Source: Eledone cirrhosa
Taxonomy: Eukaryota
DNA length: 64,000 nt
Assembly: GCA_964016885.1 (NCBI GenBank)
Contig: OZ024743.1
Location: 44,764,001 to 44,828,000 of the forward strand
Direction: 5' to 3'
Shown: piece by piece, positions 1 to 14,524 of the stretch
How positions within the stretch are numbered: position 1 is the stretch's first letter
Layout: each line of letters begins with the position of its first letter
Position numbers and translations under genes: made by a program
Notes under the pieces: generated by a model
The model's database searches: none
Seen by the model: only the letters and a program-made list of their open reading frames with translations
What the model was told of the DNA's origin: nothing

Positions 1-2761
1 TGGATGAATCGTAAAAGTGCCGGATAAAATTAATCGGCATCTTAGTGTAACGAGTGTAGAAAAGAATTTAGAATATAAGTGATGTTTTTTTTTGTTTTTT
101 TCTACTTAGAATTACTTAGAATATACATCGACCATTCGTTCTCGTGCATCATTACAATAACTTAGAATATAGATCGATTATTCGTTCCGTTACATGTGCA
201 CTAGATGGTGTTTACTTGTACCGGATCCGACCCTACATACTCTTGCTTTCTCTACTACACATTTACTGAGCCATGCTTGCTTGTATTGGACACGACCGTT
301 TGACCCCCGCACCTTCTGCAGCACGTTCACTGGGCAGTGTCTTTCGCTTACGCATGCACTGCGTCTGGGCAATGCCGAATTCAGATGCGATGAACGTTCC
401 TTCTCTTCCTCCCCCCTACTATACCTGTGCTGCCTGGGGATTGACCCCGGTTGCAACGGCGCCAAGCAATCGGTCTTTGCCTCGTCCTGCTAGGCACATT
501 CTTCATTCAGACAGTGCCCGCTCATACCGACGCCGCAATGCGTTCTCTTCATTATTCCTCAACGCGTACATTGCATGTAGGCTGTGCCCACTTGCTTCCG
601 ACTGAGCGTTCGTTCCCTCCGTATTTGTGCTACATTTGGGTTTCCTTTTCAGTATAGTCTTGCACCGGTTCCGTTCATTTGTTCTCTTCCTTGTTGTGCA
701 ATGCATGTGCAGCCTGCGGGTAGTGCACTCTCGCATCGGTGTCTAGTGTTGCTTCTCATCTTCCTTCTGCTATTCAAATACTGTTTGTATGCTGGGTCCG
801 TTTGCCTTCTGTTCGTTCTTGTGCAACGCTTGTGAATCCTGTGGACAGTGCCCACCTTTATCAGCGCCAAACATTCCTGCTCTTCACCCGTCTTCAATAC
901 ATGTGCTGCTTGTGGGTAATGTTTCGTCTCTTATTTCTTCTGCTTGTATCTGCGCCGAATGTCCATGCCCTTTGTTCTGCTACTACGCTTGCAATACTTG
1001 TTGAGGGTGTTCACATGCAACCTCGCAGAGCATTTTGTGTGTGTGTGTGTGTGTCTGCCTGCTACGTTTGCGCAGCATTTGGGTAATGCATAGTGTTTGC
1101 TTTCGTCGTTCCTCTGCTATACTTGCGCTACCTGTCGAAAATGCACGTTTCGTCCTTCTACTATGCGTGCGCTGCTTGTTGGCCGTTTCCACTTTCATTG
1201 GTACCAAATAGAAATTCTCTCTGTCCTCCTGATCCACGAGCGTTACTTGCGGATAGTGCCCTCGTGCATTAACTCCGAGCGTAATTCCTCTCCGTTCTTC
1301 TGTTATGCGTGCGATGTTTGTGGCCTGTACTCGCTTGCGTCCGCGTCGAGTGTGTGTTTTCTGCCCCTCCTCCTACGTGGATGTTGCATGTGGACGGTGC
1401 CCACTTTCGGCCATTGGCAAATAGAGCAAAGTCGTTTATGGAGCTCGGATTATCTACCCTTATACTATTAATCGAGCAACATACTGAGATCCTTCAAGCT
1501 TGACGTTTTGCCTCATGGCAAATAGCGCAAAATAGTTTATAATTTACGAACTACCAATCCTTAGGCCAATAATCAAACAAGTTTCTAAGTTAATGCATTA
1601 TTGTAGAAATAGAGAAATATGCTTACATCGATGATTTTAATGAGATTCAGTGACCAAGAGATAGTAATAAGATGCAAATGCATTTTATTCTCAATAGGAA
1701 ACGATATAACATTATTCAGAAAAATCTATCGAATAATATGGTAATTAAGAGAAACTTGTGGAAAAGTTATTTACAGATCAACACAAAAAAGCAAAAAGAA
1801 ATAAATGTATTTTCTCCTTAAGGGACACTGCAAGAAGTTGGCATTACTATGCTTACTAACCATTCTATTAACTAATGCATATTATCTTAGTTTGCAGGAT
1901 TGCTTTGTCAACAAATAATTGTCTCCAAAGCCAGGCTGTATTTCAAATAGAATGCGAACCATTATGAGGTCAAACATACATTACGTACATCTCACAAGAA
2001 CCCTACTATGTCAATATTAATTATACTACGAACTGGTATTAATGTACTTTTCAGTGGATAAACATTTCTAATATTTTTGAAGAATGAAAAATACATTACT
2101 TCCATAAAATGGCGAGATTTCAAGTGTAAGAGATAAATCCTCCAACAGGAAAAGAAGGAAACACGATGCCAAATCTTTGTTGTAGCTACATCACTTTATA
2201 TATTTATAATAAACATTTAGGAAACATACTAATACTATACTTCTTTTTGCGATAAAATGAAATGAAATTTGCAGTTCACATTTATACAAGTTTAGCGGGC
2301 CTTCTGCGAAGCTGCATTTCATAGAAGGGGTTTCTCGGGTGTCTAAATAAGAACCCCTGACCTATCAGGAAAGGTAACGTGAAATAAAGGGTAGTCTACG
2401 AATCCCACCCACAATCTTATGATCGTGAGTACAGCGCCTTAACAAATAGACCACTCGTCGTTATACCTCAGGGATTGTATGTAGAGATAGTAATAGAAAT
2501 ATTTTACCATATAAGATCATGCTCTTCGTTCCAGTTTCATAAGACTTAAAACATTTTTTTATCGCTAAAGTTTCTCAATGTCAAAACATATTTGAAGCTT
2601 AATTTATGTTTTCATTTTCGCACAAAATCTTTACTTTTGATTCAATTTTTATTGAATTGACAGAATAGGATAGAGTGGGTTGAGGACTTAGTTCTGGGTC
2701 TCTGTGATATGGATTGAAATGACGGTCATGTCAATTTTGTCTCTCATCTCTTCAGGGTCTA

Positions 2762-2930
2762 AGCGGCGAATTTGCAGAATCGTTAGAATGGCGAATAGAA
2801 TGTTTTACGGTATTTGTGTCGGCTTTCTCCTCTCTGAGTTCAAATATCGCCGTGAATAATTTTGTCTTTCATCCATTCGACATCGATTAAAAAAGTACCA
2901 GTCAAGTACTGAGGTTGATTCATTCTCTAT
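2762..2930 (+). mobile_element. tRNA-derived SINE, diverged
   Basis: A-box-like GCAGAATCG and B-box-like GAGTTCAAAT; body (ctttcatcc...cgat...aaagtaccagt) shared with copies at 3228-3790 and 20808-20998. Confidence 0.65.
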
Positions 2931-3227
2931 ACCTCTTTCTCACTTCCATTCTCACACTCTATATACTTCTCTGGAAGACTACTGCTGTGTTCAGAACAGG
3001 AGAGGAGATGGGCTCCACCAGGTTTTATAATATGCCCTAGAAACGTCGTATGTCAATATGGCGCTCCTACGACTCCCTCAGGATCAATACATCATGCACC
3101 AGTCCATTTTCTCTCTCTTTCCCTCTCTCTTGTTTATTTTCTTTTCCTCTGGAATATGTGTAGTTCATTAAGCTTGGTTCCTTCCTTGTGTCCTGAATAT
3201 GGAGAGAATAAATCTCGCATCGGTGAG

Positions 3228-3790
3228 ATGTTCTTAATAATTGTTTCTATTTTTGGCACAGGCCAGCAATTATCCTATGCATTACTGGTACTTTATTTTA
3301 TCAACCCCGTAAGGATGAAAGGCAAAGTCAACCTCGGTGGGATTTGAACTCAGACCATGAAAGGCCGCAACACTTTGCTGCAAAGCATGGCACCGCCGAG
3401 ATGTTCTTAATAATTGTTTCTATTTTTGGCACAAGGCCAGCAATTATCAGTACATTACTGGTACTTTATTTCATCGACCCCTTAAGGATGAAAGCAAAGT
3501 TAAGCTCGACGGGATTTGAACTCAGACCATAAAGGGGCGTAACAATGCTGGAAAGCATGGCGTCCGACCCTCTACCGATACTGCCAATTCACCCGCCCTG
3601 TTCTTAATAATTGTTTCTACTTTTGGCACAAGGCCAGCAATTACCCAGTACATTACTGGTACTTTATTTTATCGACCCCGTAAGGATGAAAGGCAAAGTT
3701 AACCTCGGCGGGATTTGAACTCAGACCGTAAAGGGACGTAACTATGCTGGAAAGCATGGCGTCCGACTCTCTACTGATACTGCCAATCCA
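3228..3790 (-). mobile_element. Three tandem copies of a tRNA-derived SINE
   Basis: Three ~170-200 bp units, each starting tgttcttaataattgtttcta; reverse complement of the SINE at 20808-20998; B-box GAGTTCAAATCCC on the minus strand. Confidence 0.8.
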
Positions 3791-4393
3791 AATGCTTTGT
3801 TGTTTGTTATTATCAGCCAAATTAAGCACTAACAAAGCAAGATCATAAGGTAGGTAACTGACGTTCAACGTCAATTTTATATGTATCCGTATGTAATTGA
3901 TTGGTGTAATCATATATCTTTGTAGAATACTCAGTAACGTAGGTTTGCTAAATAGAATTTCGGTAGTCAAACAAACAACTAAAATATTTACCTTACAATG
4001 TTTCATATTCATTGCTGTTACTCTAGCTTATGCGATTTTATGATGTTGTCGCATGTGGCTTATAAACGTATGTAGAAAAAACCTATAACTATTTGCAATA
4101 TTTTAAATTGTGTTGTCTAGATATTTATGGTGATGCATAATAAAGAGGAATTTCAAAAGTACAAGATATACATATTTAAATATATATGCAGAGGTTATAT
4201 TTAATTTGTTGGGATACAACAAGCTTTAAAATATTTCTATAACTGATATAAAGCACTCAACAAATTATTGGAGTAAATATACATTGGAAGGGATATATTC
4301 GTTAACGCTTGATATGGCAGGAAGAGGGTTTTAACATTTCATCGGAAGAAAGAATGAGAAATAAGATAGATTGAGGGGACGGGTGGGTTGGGA

Positions 4394-5531
<1,138 letters not shown>

Positions 5532-5662
5532 CAAAGGTTATATTTAATTTGTTGGAATTCAACAAACTTAAAAGTTGTATAACTGATATAAAGCACTCAA
5601 CAGCTAGATGAGTAAATATTCATTATATTAATAAATGGAAACTATATTTATAAAACCATAAT

Positions 5663-5728
5663 TATTTTATTATATATCTTTCAAGCGCAACCAAGGTAAA
5701 TTTTGGTGCGCTTTCATCAGATAAAATA
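5663..5728 (-). ncRNA. Type I hammerhead ribozyme (stem III possibly mutated)
   Basis: Minus strand: UAUUUUAU-CUGAUGA-AAGCGCA-CCAA(AAUUUACC)UUGG-U-UGCGCUU-GAAA-GAUAU-AUA-AUAAAAUA; 8-bp stem I, long stem II, G15.2 faces A rather than C. Confidence 0.7.
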
Positions 5729-5960
5729 CAAAATTTGTTTTATAAATGTTGACATACCCGCAGAAGAACAACCTTGACGGTTGGAGGTTCGCTGGATAAC
5801 GGGAAAATGTTTTGAGGGTGATTCAAAGCTATGTGTGAGTATGCAATTGAATGTCCGATAAATTGTAAAAATGAACGGTTTATTTAAATTATACTGTTGA
5901 AGAAGAGAGAGAGGAAAAGAGAGAGGAGAAGAAAAAAGAGAAAAAAGAAGAGAAAGAGAG

Positions 5961-6360
5961 GAGGGTCATGTTGCCAATAAGAAACACACGCACCACTTGC
6001 ATTCACTTCCAATTTAATTATAATTAAAAAATTTCTTTAAAAAAAAATTTTTTATTTAAAAAATAAATTTCTCTTTTTTATTTATATATTTCCGTTGATT
6101 GGTTGGTTCCACAACCGGATGGTTGTTCATACAAGTTCTTCTTCACACATTCTGTGACCTCTTCAGTGACTGGAGATTCTTTTCTTTGTTTCGTGCTTCT
6201 CCTTTGTTCTGTCCTACGCCATCTTTTTGAGAAAAACATTTTTTGAAGAAATTTTTTATTTTATAATAAATTAGAGTGAAAGCAACTGGTGCGTGTGTTT
6301 CTTGTTGGCAACATGACCCTCCCAAAGTATAACAATATCGGTTTCAACACACGTTTTCAG
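5961..6360. mobile_element. PLE 5'-end remnants in inverted orientation
   Basis: 6312-6359 (+) encodes [16 protein letters not shown], homologous to the start of the 51750-55376 ORF ([16 protein letters not shown]); diverged inverted copy at ~5961-6050. Confidence 0.7.
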
Positions 6361-6374
6361 ATATATATATATAA

Positions 6375-7025
6375 TTTCGTTTCTGAATTTGTTTAGCAAG
6401 ATTCTTTATCTGCCATGCCAGGCTTTTTGAATGATATATACCTTTTATGGCCATCTGTGTTTTTCGTCTCACGTACCCATGCACAACTTTCTCTGTGAGT
6501 TGGTCCATATTTTATCTTGTTCGAGCATTGAATGAGATCTTCCAATGTTCCTGAGAGTGAAATTTATATCAAGCCTTATTCCATGTCTCTTCTCCTGATC
6601 AGTGACTATCCTAATGATATTATTTCCTTCATGCTCATAAACCTGGGCAAAAGGTTGCTAACGGTTTTCTTCTGTGTTACTATCCAGATCTCGTATGATG
6701 TTAATATGGATTTTAAACCCTGGCCACCTTGCGTGAGATGTATAGACTATCGACATCACCATTATGTTAAATTGTCCAGTAACACTGAGCAGCTTTCGAG
6801 TTCTCACTTAGTTCTTGCAATGACCAGTTCAGCAGGCCAAATGTTGGTGTTAGGATCGGCACAAACAAAAGTATTGTTGGCAATATATTTGTACGCTGAG
6901 AGTTCTGATGGCCATATTTTCTTTACTCTTCCGAGGTATTCAGGCCTGGTTCACTCCTTTTTTATGGGTCCATCATATCTGACATTCTCATCCTGTCCAA
7001 GTCATCTGTAGTTGTCACCTGACTA
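6375..7025 (-). pseudogene. Dong/R4-like non-LTR retrotransposon, post-RT fragment
   Basis: Frameshifted minus-strand translation gives LGQDENVRYDGP, EYLGRVKKIW.SELSAY, PILTPTFGLLNW, GDVDSLYISR and GGQGLK. Confidence 0.65.
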
Positions 7026-7184
7026 TAGAGACTATGTATTATGTTGTATTCTTAAAGTAAGCGAATTAATTACACATGGAAATGATACAGTATAATGAAC
7101 ATATATATGTGTGTATATATATATGCATGTGAATATATATATGAATATATATATGTGTATATATATATATATATGTATGCATGT

Positions 7185-7195
7185 ATGTGTGTGTG

Positions 7196-7287
<92 letters not shown>

Positions 7288-7292
7288 TGTGT
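7185..7292. repeat. (GT)n microsatellite
   Basis: Direct inspection. Confidence 0.97.
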
Positions 7293-8454
7293 TTAATGCT
7301 TGATATATTAAGGAAAAGGTCAGAAAAGTGAATGAGAGATAAAAGAAGAAACAGAAAGATAGAAAAGAATAAGGTGAGAATGAAAAGGAATTTGTTTGTA
7401 TTTGTTTTTTAGAGAAAGTATGAGTGTGTTTAGTCAGTGATTTTGGGGAGCAGCGTATCAGAATGGATCTTAAATATAAAAGAGGTTTTTGTGGGGAGAT
7501 AATCCTTGCGTGCTTTAAATAAATATGTGTGTGCGCATGTGTTTGATTGTTTGATTGTAAAAAGCTATGAGGTTATGTGCATCAGACCGTGACAAACCAG
7601 CCCAGGTATTGGGTGTGTAGAGGTGTGAGTGTAGGCATATACGTGTGTATGTGTATATTCACATGCAGACATGTGAGCGCAGTTTGCCTGTGTGTGTACA
7701 TATTCGTAGATATACAGGCACAGGCACACGCACAGGTAGAAGCAGGTGTGAGGTGTTGTAGTGAAGACTAAGGCTGTGGCAAGCAGGTTGGTCACACAGT
7801 CCGATGTCGTGAATATCGTTATACTATAAATCATCACATACGACGCTACGACAGTACAATAGAATATCGCTGAACTTCGAAGTAAACGCTGCTTTGTACG
7901 TGGAGGGGGATAAAGCCAGGGAACGGTAGGCGCTGGAGTGAATTTTGAAAAGCACCGTCGGTGCCCAAGCTCCAGCAATGGGTGCCACGTGAACACAGTA
8001 CACACAGGAGAAACACATACACCCGCAGCCTCAAGAGTTGTGTCAGTAGTGTGAGAAGCCTGAGTACATGCATATGTGTAGGCTTATACCCACTCACAAA
8101 TTCGTACATACATCTCAAAGAGTAGCGGGAGTGGAGGTGGAGGAAGCAGTATATGTGGTGTTCAGAATGACCGTGGGGGAAATGTATTCGTATATGACGC
8201 AACATTGTGTGTACGTATGCTTATTTGGGTGCTTAGAGGGTTAAATCTTCTGTATGGGGCGAATGATGGCTCTAATACTGTAGATTTCCATATGTGAATG
8301 TAGGAATGCGATTGTTATGTGTTCAAATGTATATATATGTATGTTAGCTGTTGTGTGAGTGGGTGTGTTTATTGTTGTGGTGGATTGGTCGTTTGTGAGT
8401 CAGACTGTGTGTGCCAGAATAAATTGAGATTATTAAAACTAGAAACTGTTGGAG

Positions 8455-8625
8455 GAAGTTGAGCCTAATCAGGAAGGTAGTTCCAAGGTGAAAAATCAAG
8501 TTCTGTTTCATCCTGGAGCGAATTGCTAGATATCCATGGTGTAGAATAATGCTGGAAATACAGAGGTGTTAGAATGGGTAATTGGGGGGACGGAAGTGAC
8601 GAGCAAATGGAGAACCATGTTCTGA
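8455..8625 (-). pseudogene. PLE GIY-YIG endonuclease C-terminal remnant
   Basis: Minus frame HGSPFARHFRPPNYPF*HLCISSIILHHGYLAIRSRMKQNLIFHLGTTFLIRLN resembles the PLE motif pVArHF...EqxLIfxLgTlxPxGLN. Confidence 0.6.
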
Positions 8626-11564
8626 GAGCAGGTGTCTATGAAATATTCAGCTACTTGCAGGTTAATTTCATAAGGAGTTCCGTTGTTACAACAACTTGAA
8701 CATTTATCGTTGGAACAGAGACATGTCAAACAAGAAAAACAACAAACAACTTTAACGCTGAAATGAAGTTGGTGACAATCTACATATTTAACACACTCCA
8801 TCAAGTCAAAATGTTATACTTTAAACAATGGAACGAACTCGAAATTTAAACAATGTTAGAAAATTATATAAATTTATACATATAAATAGAAATAAGAAAA
8901 TTATAAAACGAACAATTTCCTCGTGTGCCACTAGTTAATTATTTTTCTAAAAATAATATTTAAAAATATTTCTTAACGCAATCATTTTAGCCGTTGACTT
9001 CGATAGCTTATAAATTTTCATAGAAATTTAATTTTATGCAAAAGATTATTATGTAATCTTAATATCCGACTTCTATCTCTCTCATTTTCTCCACCTCTCC
9101 CTCCCGTTAACTTTTTTTCTATCTGTCTGTCCTTTCTCTCCTGTTGTCTCTTTCCCTTTCTTTTTCTCTCTTCCTTTCTTTCACAACCTCCCTTTCTCTA
9201 TCTCTTTCTCCCTCACTCCCCCTCACTTTAAAATATCTCAATTATTCCTTGATGACATGTTCGATTATTTGCCCAGATTTTTGGATTTTGTTAATCAAAT
9301 TCCATTCATTGGATAGCATGACTGCTGAGTAAGATGTAATATTTCAGGCAATTTGTAGTGCAATTGTTATTATCAAATGAATTGAAAAAAAAATCATCTT
9401 TACATCAGTATATGGACTCAGGAAAAGACATCTTATATTTGTTTCCCGTGAAATACAATTTTAAGTCAAATTGTTTATGAAAACACACCTGTATTATAAT
9501 AATTGTACAGCGCTTTAGTCCGCTACCACATACAAACCCTTCGATGTGCCAAAGGCATTTTGTTTGAAATTTTATATCATTTAGACACCATGAATGACAA
9601 ATATAAGCAAAAATGTGGTGCGGGAGAGCAAACGTTATAAAGGGCTTTAAGCAAATAGCGTTACCTCTCTGTCTCATTTTATCTCTGTCGATCCTAAATA
9701 TTTAGGTCTCTATCTCTCGCTAAATGTCTCTTCCTTCAGATCTATATATAAATGAGAAAGGGGAATTCGATGTTGATATTATGAGAATCTGTCCCCTTAT
9801 CAATATTCTGTATAACATTAAATTTTGTTTTTTTTACTAAGTTTATAGACTGATTATTTCGAGTTCCGTTTAATTTTTAGTTAATATATCTTGATAGTTA
9901 GGGGCTTGATAGAATCAGGTTTATATTAGATTGTTGTGTGTTTAATGTTTTGCAATTGGTCAAAGACAAAGCAGGCATAACTATTACTCTTCTTTTTTTT
10001 TAGAATCATTTTATTCAGAATCACATTATCCAATGTCTACTTTCATGTTTTTTTCTCGTGTACTTTTTTAAAACAACAGTCTTCATTATGAACCATTCGA
10101 AATGATGTAAATACTTCAAGGATAGAAATATTATATTTTTTAGCCATATATGTTACGACGTTTAAAAGTATATTCATTACAAACACCGATACATTGTCCA
10201 TACCGTCACTTCTCGTTCAAGTAGAGAACACACACACACTAGGGCATGTATGTATGTTTCTATTGCACATACATTCGTGGCTATCTCCGTTTACAATCTA
10301 GCTTTCATCAGAAAACATTAGTTTTCCAATAGTTATTGGCCATCTACGTTTTACCTGTTTATTTGGGAAATCAATATTTATTTTTATACAACTTTCTTAT
10401 TAAAGTAAGTTTTTGTAAAGACACTGTGATTTCTCTCTGCAGGACTTTTCATTAAATTAACTTCACATGTAATGCTCTGTGTTTATTTCCCTCCAGCCGA
10501 CACTATTCGACATCACGTCTCGTATCAAATGAAACTAGCTGCCATCCTTTTGTCCTCCCATCTAACATTGCTTACCATTTCGTATTTTCACATTCCCGTC
10601 TGAAGAAATTTACTTCGAAACGTACCTGATTTTAGATTCTGATAATATATTTTGCAACCTCAGATGTTTCATATCCTGCATTCGAATCTTTAATCAATAT
10701 TTCCCACCTCAACCAACAACACTTTTAATTTTGATTTAGTTTTTCTACCTATGCTATATTCATTTTATCTGTACATGTCTTACAGACAAAGCAGTAGTTT
10801 GTACAGTTGAGCAGACAGTAACACATAATAATGTTTAACTATAGTGCAACTTTCAGAAGGAAATCGTATTTGATTTAGAAAGTACTGTCTTTCCTCATTT
10901 CATCACCGTAGTTCCAGCATAGCGAATACATATTAGCTGATGTTGTATATAATGTTTAAACAAAACATTACCTCATGTTATTTCATTTATGGGCGTTTCT
11001 GAAGCAGACATCTTTGTCATAACATAACAGTAATCAAACACAGTATATTGCATTTTAGAAATGGTATTTGTGAAAACGGTGTCAGAATAATTTTTTTAGT
11101 CAGTATATAGACAAATCAATAAATAATAACTGCAATATTTAAAATGAGAAAATCCGTGGTTATTCAAGTTGATAGAAGAATGCAATAAGATATAAATCAA
11201 CTTTATCATAACAACAAACTAAACGTGTTGTCTATCATTTAAATAAATTACATTTATCTGACCAATGTCTCTTAATTTGCCTCACGCCACATTAAAATGT
11301 CATTGTTTCCAGCCGATTCAGCGCCAAAGCAGACATGCAATAGAATTCTGATTCTAATTCTACTGATTGATTATTATGTGATAATCTACACAATTTAGGT
11401 TCGATAAAAACCTTCCTTATGTTGAAGTTCCACAACAATGCCGTCTTCTTGAGAGAGTGTGCAGTGGACGAAACATAATCGAGTGTGCAGTGGACGAAAC
11501 ATAATCGAGACGTGAGTAAGACATATGATTTAGATGGAAAATATTTAAAAGTGGCATAAATTAT

Positions 11565-11765
11565 AAGCGGTGGTGAGTGGCCTGGTGGAAAGGAGTGCTG
11601 TGTTCCGGATTAAAACATCATAGGTTCAGTTGTAGGACAGACAGAGGTATTGTGTCTTTGAGCAAGACACCTCAGTTTAATTAGTTGAAATTCAGGCAGC
11701 CTGGCGACTAAAACCAGGATAGTCCCTGAGCTTTGTTCAACCCACGCAAGTATGACAAAAGGAGC
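11565..11765 (+). mobile_element. Degenerate tRNA-derived SINE
   Basis: A-box-like GTGGCCTGGTGG, then ggttcag and ttgagcaagacac body shared with other SINEs in the window. Confidence 0.45.
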
Positions 11766-12697
11766 TTAAAAATGATAATTCGAGTACATTAAAGAGCGTA
11801 GGCTATTAGAGTAACTGAACCAGACACAGTGAACGTTCAGAGTCCGGTGATGTGAAAATACTTGAAGAAGGTTCATGGGTGAAGGTTTATATATCAGCTG
11901 ATAACAGGGATTTTTTTTAATGCAACCAATAATGAATGCATCTGGGATGTCCAAATTGGGGTGTCCAAATTGGGGTGTCCAAATTGGGGTGTCCTATTGG
12001 GTGAGCAATAATCAATTGCAGCTTAAATAGAGACTAATGGTCCTGAGAAATTCTTCCTGGGTATTTGTACGCCAACATCCGTAATAACTTCTATAGTATA
12101 GGACAAAAACATTTTTGCCAGGACAAAAACATTTTTGCCCGGATGTCAATAAGAATTCTAACCGTAGAAGGTATTAAGAGATACTATAGACATAAATCCT
12201 GGCAGAAACACAAAGTAGAATACATAAAGAAGTGACAACAGCAATAATATTTTTTTAAATACTTCCATTAGAAGTAGAACATAATGGTGATGATGATAGA
12301 TACTAGGTCGGTTTGAAAATGAGCATTTAGCAGTACTAACAGACGATCGAACAATCATAAAGTAACTTATACGTTGATGAGTATGTCATATGTACATAAT
12401 GCCTTAACCGACTGGGCCTGAAACAATATGTGATGAGGATGGATGAGGAATTACAGATGGATGAGGAATTACAGATACAATCCATCTGACAAGCTTTCAT
12501 ATAGTTTCCGTCTCCACAATTTCATTCAGATGTCTGGGATTGAATTGAGACTGAGTCCTAACGTTAACCAATGTTTTCTAAATGAAATTTGGTAGAGGGA
12601 AACTAGAGAAGCCCATTCTGTATGTATATATACATACACACACACATATATATATATATATATATTGGAATAAATGCTCTGAAATATATATATACAT

Positions 12698-12760
<63 letters not shown>

Positions 12761-13383
12761 TAAATAAAACCCTTTTTGTACTGTTGACAATGTTATTCTT
12801 CACTCTTTCACTATTATTACTCTAAGTTTAACTTGCATAGGAATTCCCGAGAACTCACAAACTCGCTACCTTAGGTAACCTCTTGCTGAGTCAAATAACG
12901 CCATACGCTAAAACTATCCACAATACGGAGTATTCACAACCTCTAACTGGTTTACCTATAACGATAATTTGTTATTCCATATATATATATACATATATGC
13001 AATTGTTTTTATTACATCAACAGTACTCGTCCCACGTATTGAGTACTCTATCAGCTTTGGGTAATTATTACGAAATTCAACTAGGCTATATATATATGTG
13101 AGTGTGCATGTGTATATGTGAGTGTGTGTGTGTACGTGTGTATGCGTGTTCTGACGTGTTTGCGTGATGTAATTACGTTATGCCTGTGCTTATATCTACT
13201 AACTTATATCTACTGTGCTTATATCTACAACATAGGTCGATAAATGCATACATGACTGGAAAGAGTATCTAATATGTCTCTTTAAGACGATTAACTATAA
13301 TGGCTACTGTCTAACGACTAAAACAAGTAAAAGACAGAAAAATATTAAAAGAACCGGACAGCAGGTCACGAAGCATGTTGCTC

Positions 13384-14524
13384 GTGGAAGTATACTGGTC
13401 TGACTGCCATGGCTGCTTTTATCGATAATGCTCCTATTATCTGAGGTGTGGTGGAAGTATACTGGTCTGACTGCCATGGCTGCTTTTATCGATAATGCTC
13501 CTATTATCTGAGGTGTCGTGGAAGTATACTGGTCTGACTGCCATGGCTGCTTTTATCGATAATGCTCCTATTATCTGAGGTGTGGTGGAAGTATACTGGT
13601 CTGACTGCCATGGCTGCTTTTATCGATAATGCTCCTATTATGTGAGGTGTGGTGGAAGTATACTGGTCTGACTGCCATGGCTGCTTTTATCGATAATGCT
13701 CCTATTATCTGAGGTGTGGTGGAAGTATACTGGTCTGACTGCCATGGCTGCTTCTATCGATAATGCTCCTATTATCTGAGGTGTGGTGGAAGTATACTGG
13801 TCTGACTGCCATGGCTGCTTTTATCGATAATGCTCCTATTATCTGAGGTGTGGTGGAAGTATACTGGTCTGACTGCCATGGCTGCTTTTATCGATAAAGC
13901 TCCTATTATGTGAGGTGTCGTGAAAGTATACTGGTCTGACTGCCATGGCTGCTTTTATCGATAATGCTCCTATTATCTGAGGTGTGGTGGAAGTATACTG
14001 GTCTGACTGCCATGGCTGCTTTTATCGATAATGCTCCTATTATGTGAGGTGTCGTGAAAGTATACTGGTCTGACTGCCATGGCTGCTTTTATCGATAATG
14101 CTCCTATTATGTGAGGTGTCGTGGAAGTATACTGGTCTGACTGCCATGGCTGCTTTTATCGATAATGCTCCTATTATCTGAGGTGTCGTGGAAGTATACT
14201 GGTCTGACTGCCATGGCTGCTTTTATCGATAATGCTCCTATTATGTGAGGTGTCGTGAAAGTATACTGGTCTGACTGCCATGGCTGCTTCTATCGATAAT
14301 GCTCCTATTATCTGAGGTGTGGTGAAAGTATACTGGTCTGACTGCCATGGCTGCTTCTATCGATAATGCTCCTATTATCTGAGGTGTGGTGAAAGTATAC
14401 TGGTCTGACTGCCATGGCTGCTTCTATCGATAATGCTCCTATTATCTGAGGTGTGGTGGAAGTATACTGGTCTGACTGCCATGGCTGCTTTTATCGATAA
14501 TGCTCCTATTATCTGAGGTGTCGT
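13384..14524. repeat. 67-bp tandem minisatellite, ~17 copies
   Basis: Unit gtggaagtatactggtctgactgccatggctgcttttatcgataatgctcctattatctgaggtgtg at 13384, 13451, 13518 and onward; no spacers. Confidence 0.95.

Noticed and set aside
6080-6175. Minus-strand CUGAAGA...GAAA hammerhead
   Set aside because: Stems I and II cannot be paired convincingly
11945-12480. Short tandem duplications (14-21 bp; also ~100 bp at 23775-23970)
   Set aside because: Ordinary slippage duplications
13384-14524. CRISPR array or HHR array
   Set aside because: No unique spacers and a eukaryotic context; lacks CUGANGA and a valid NUH site
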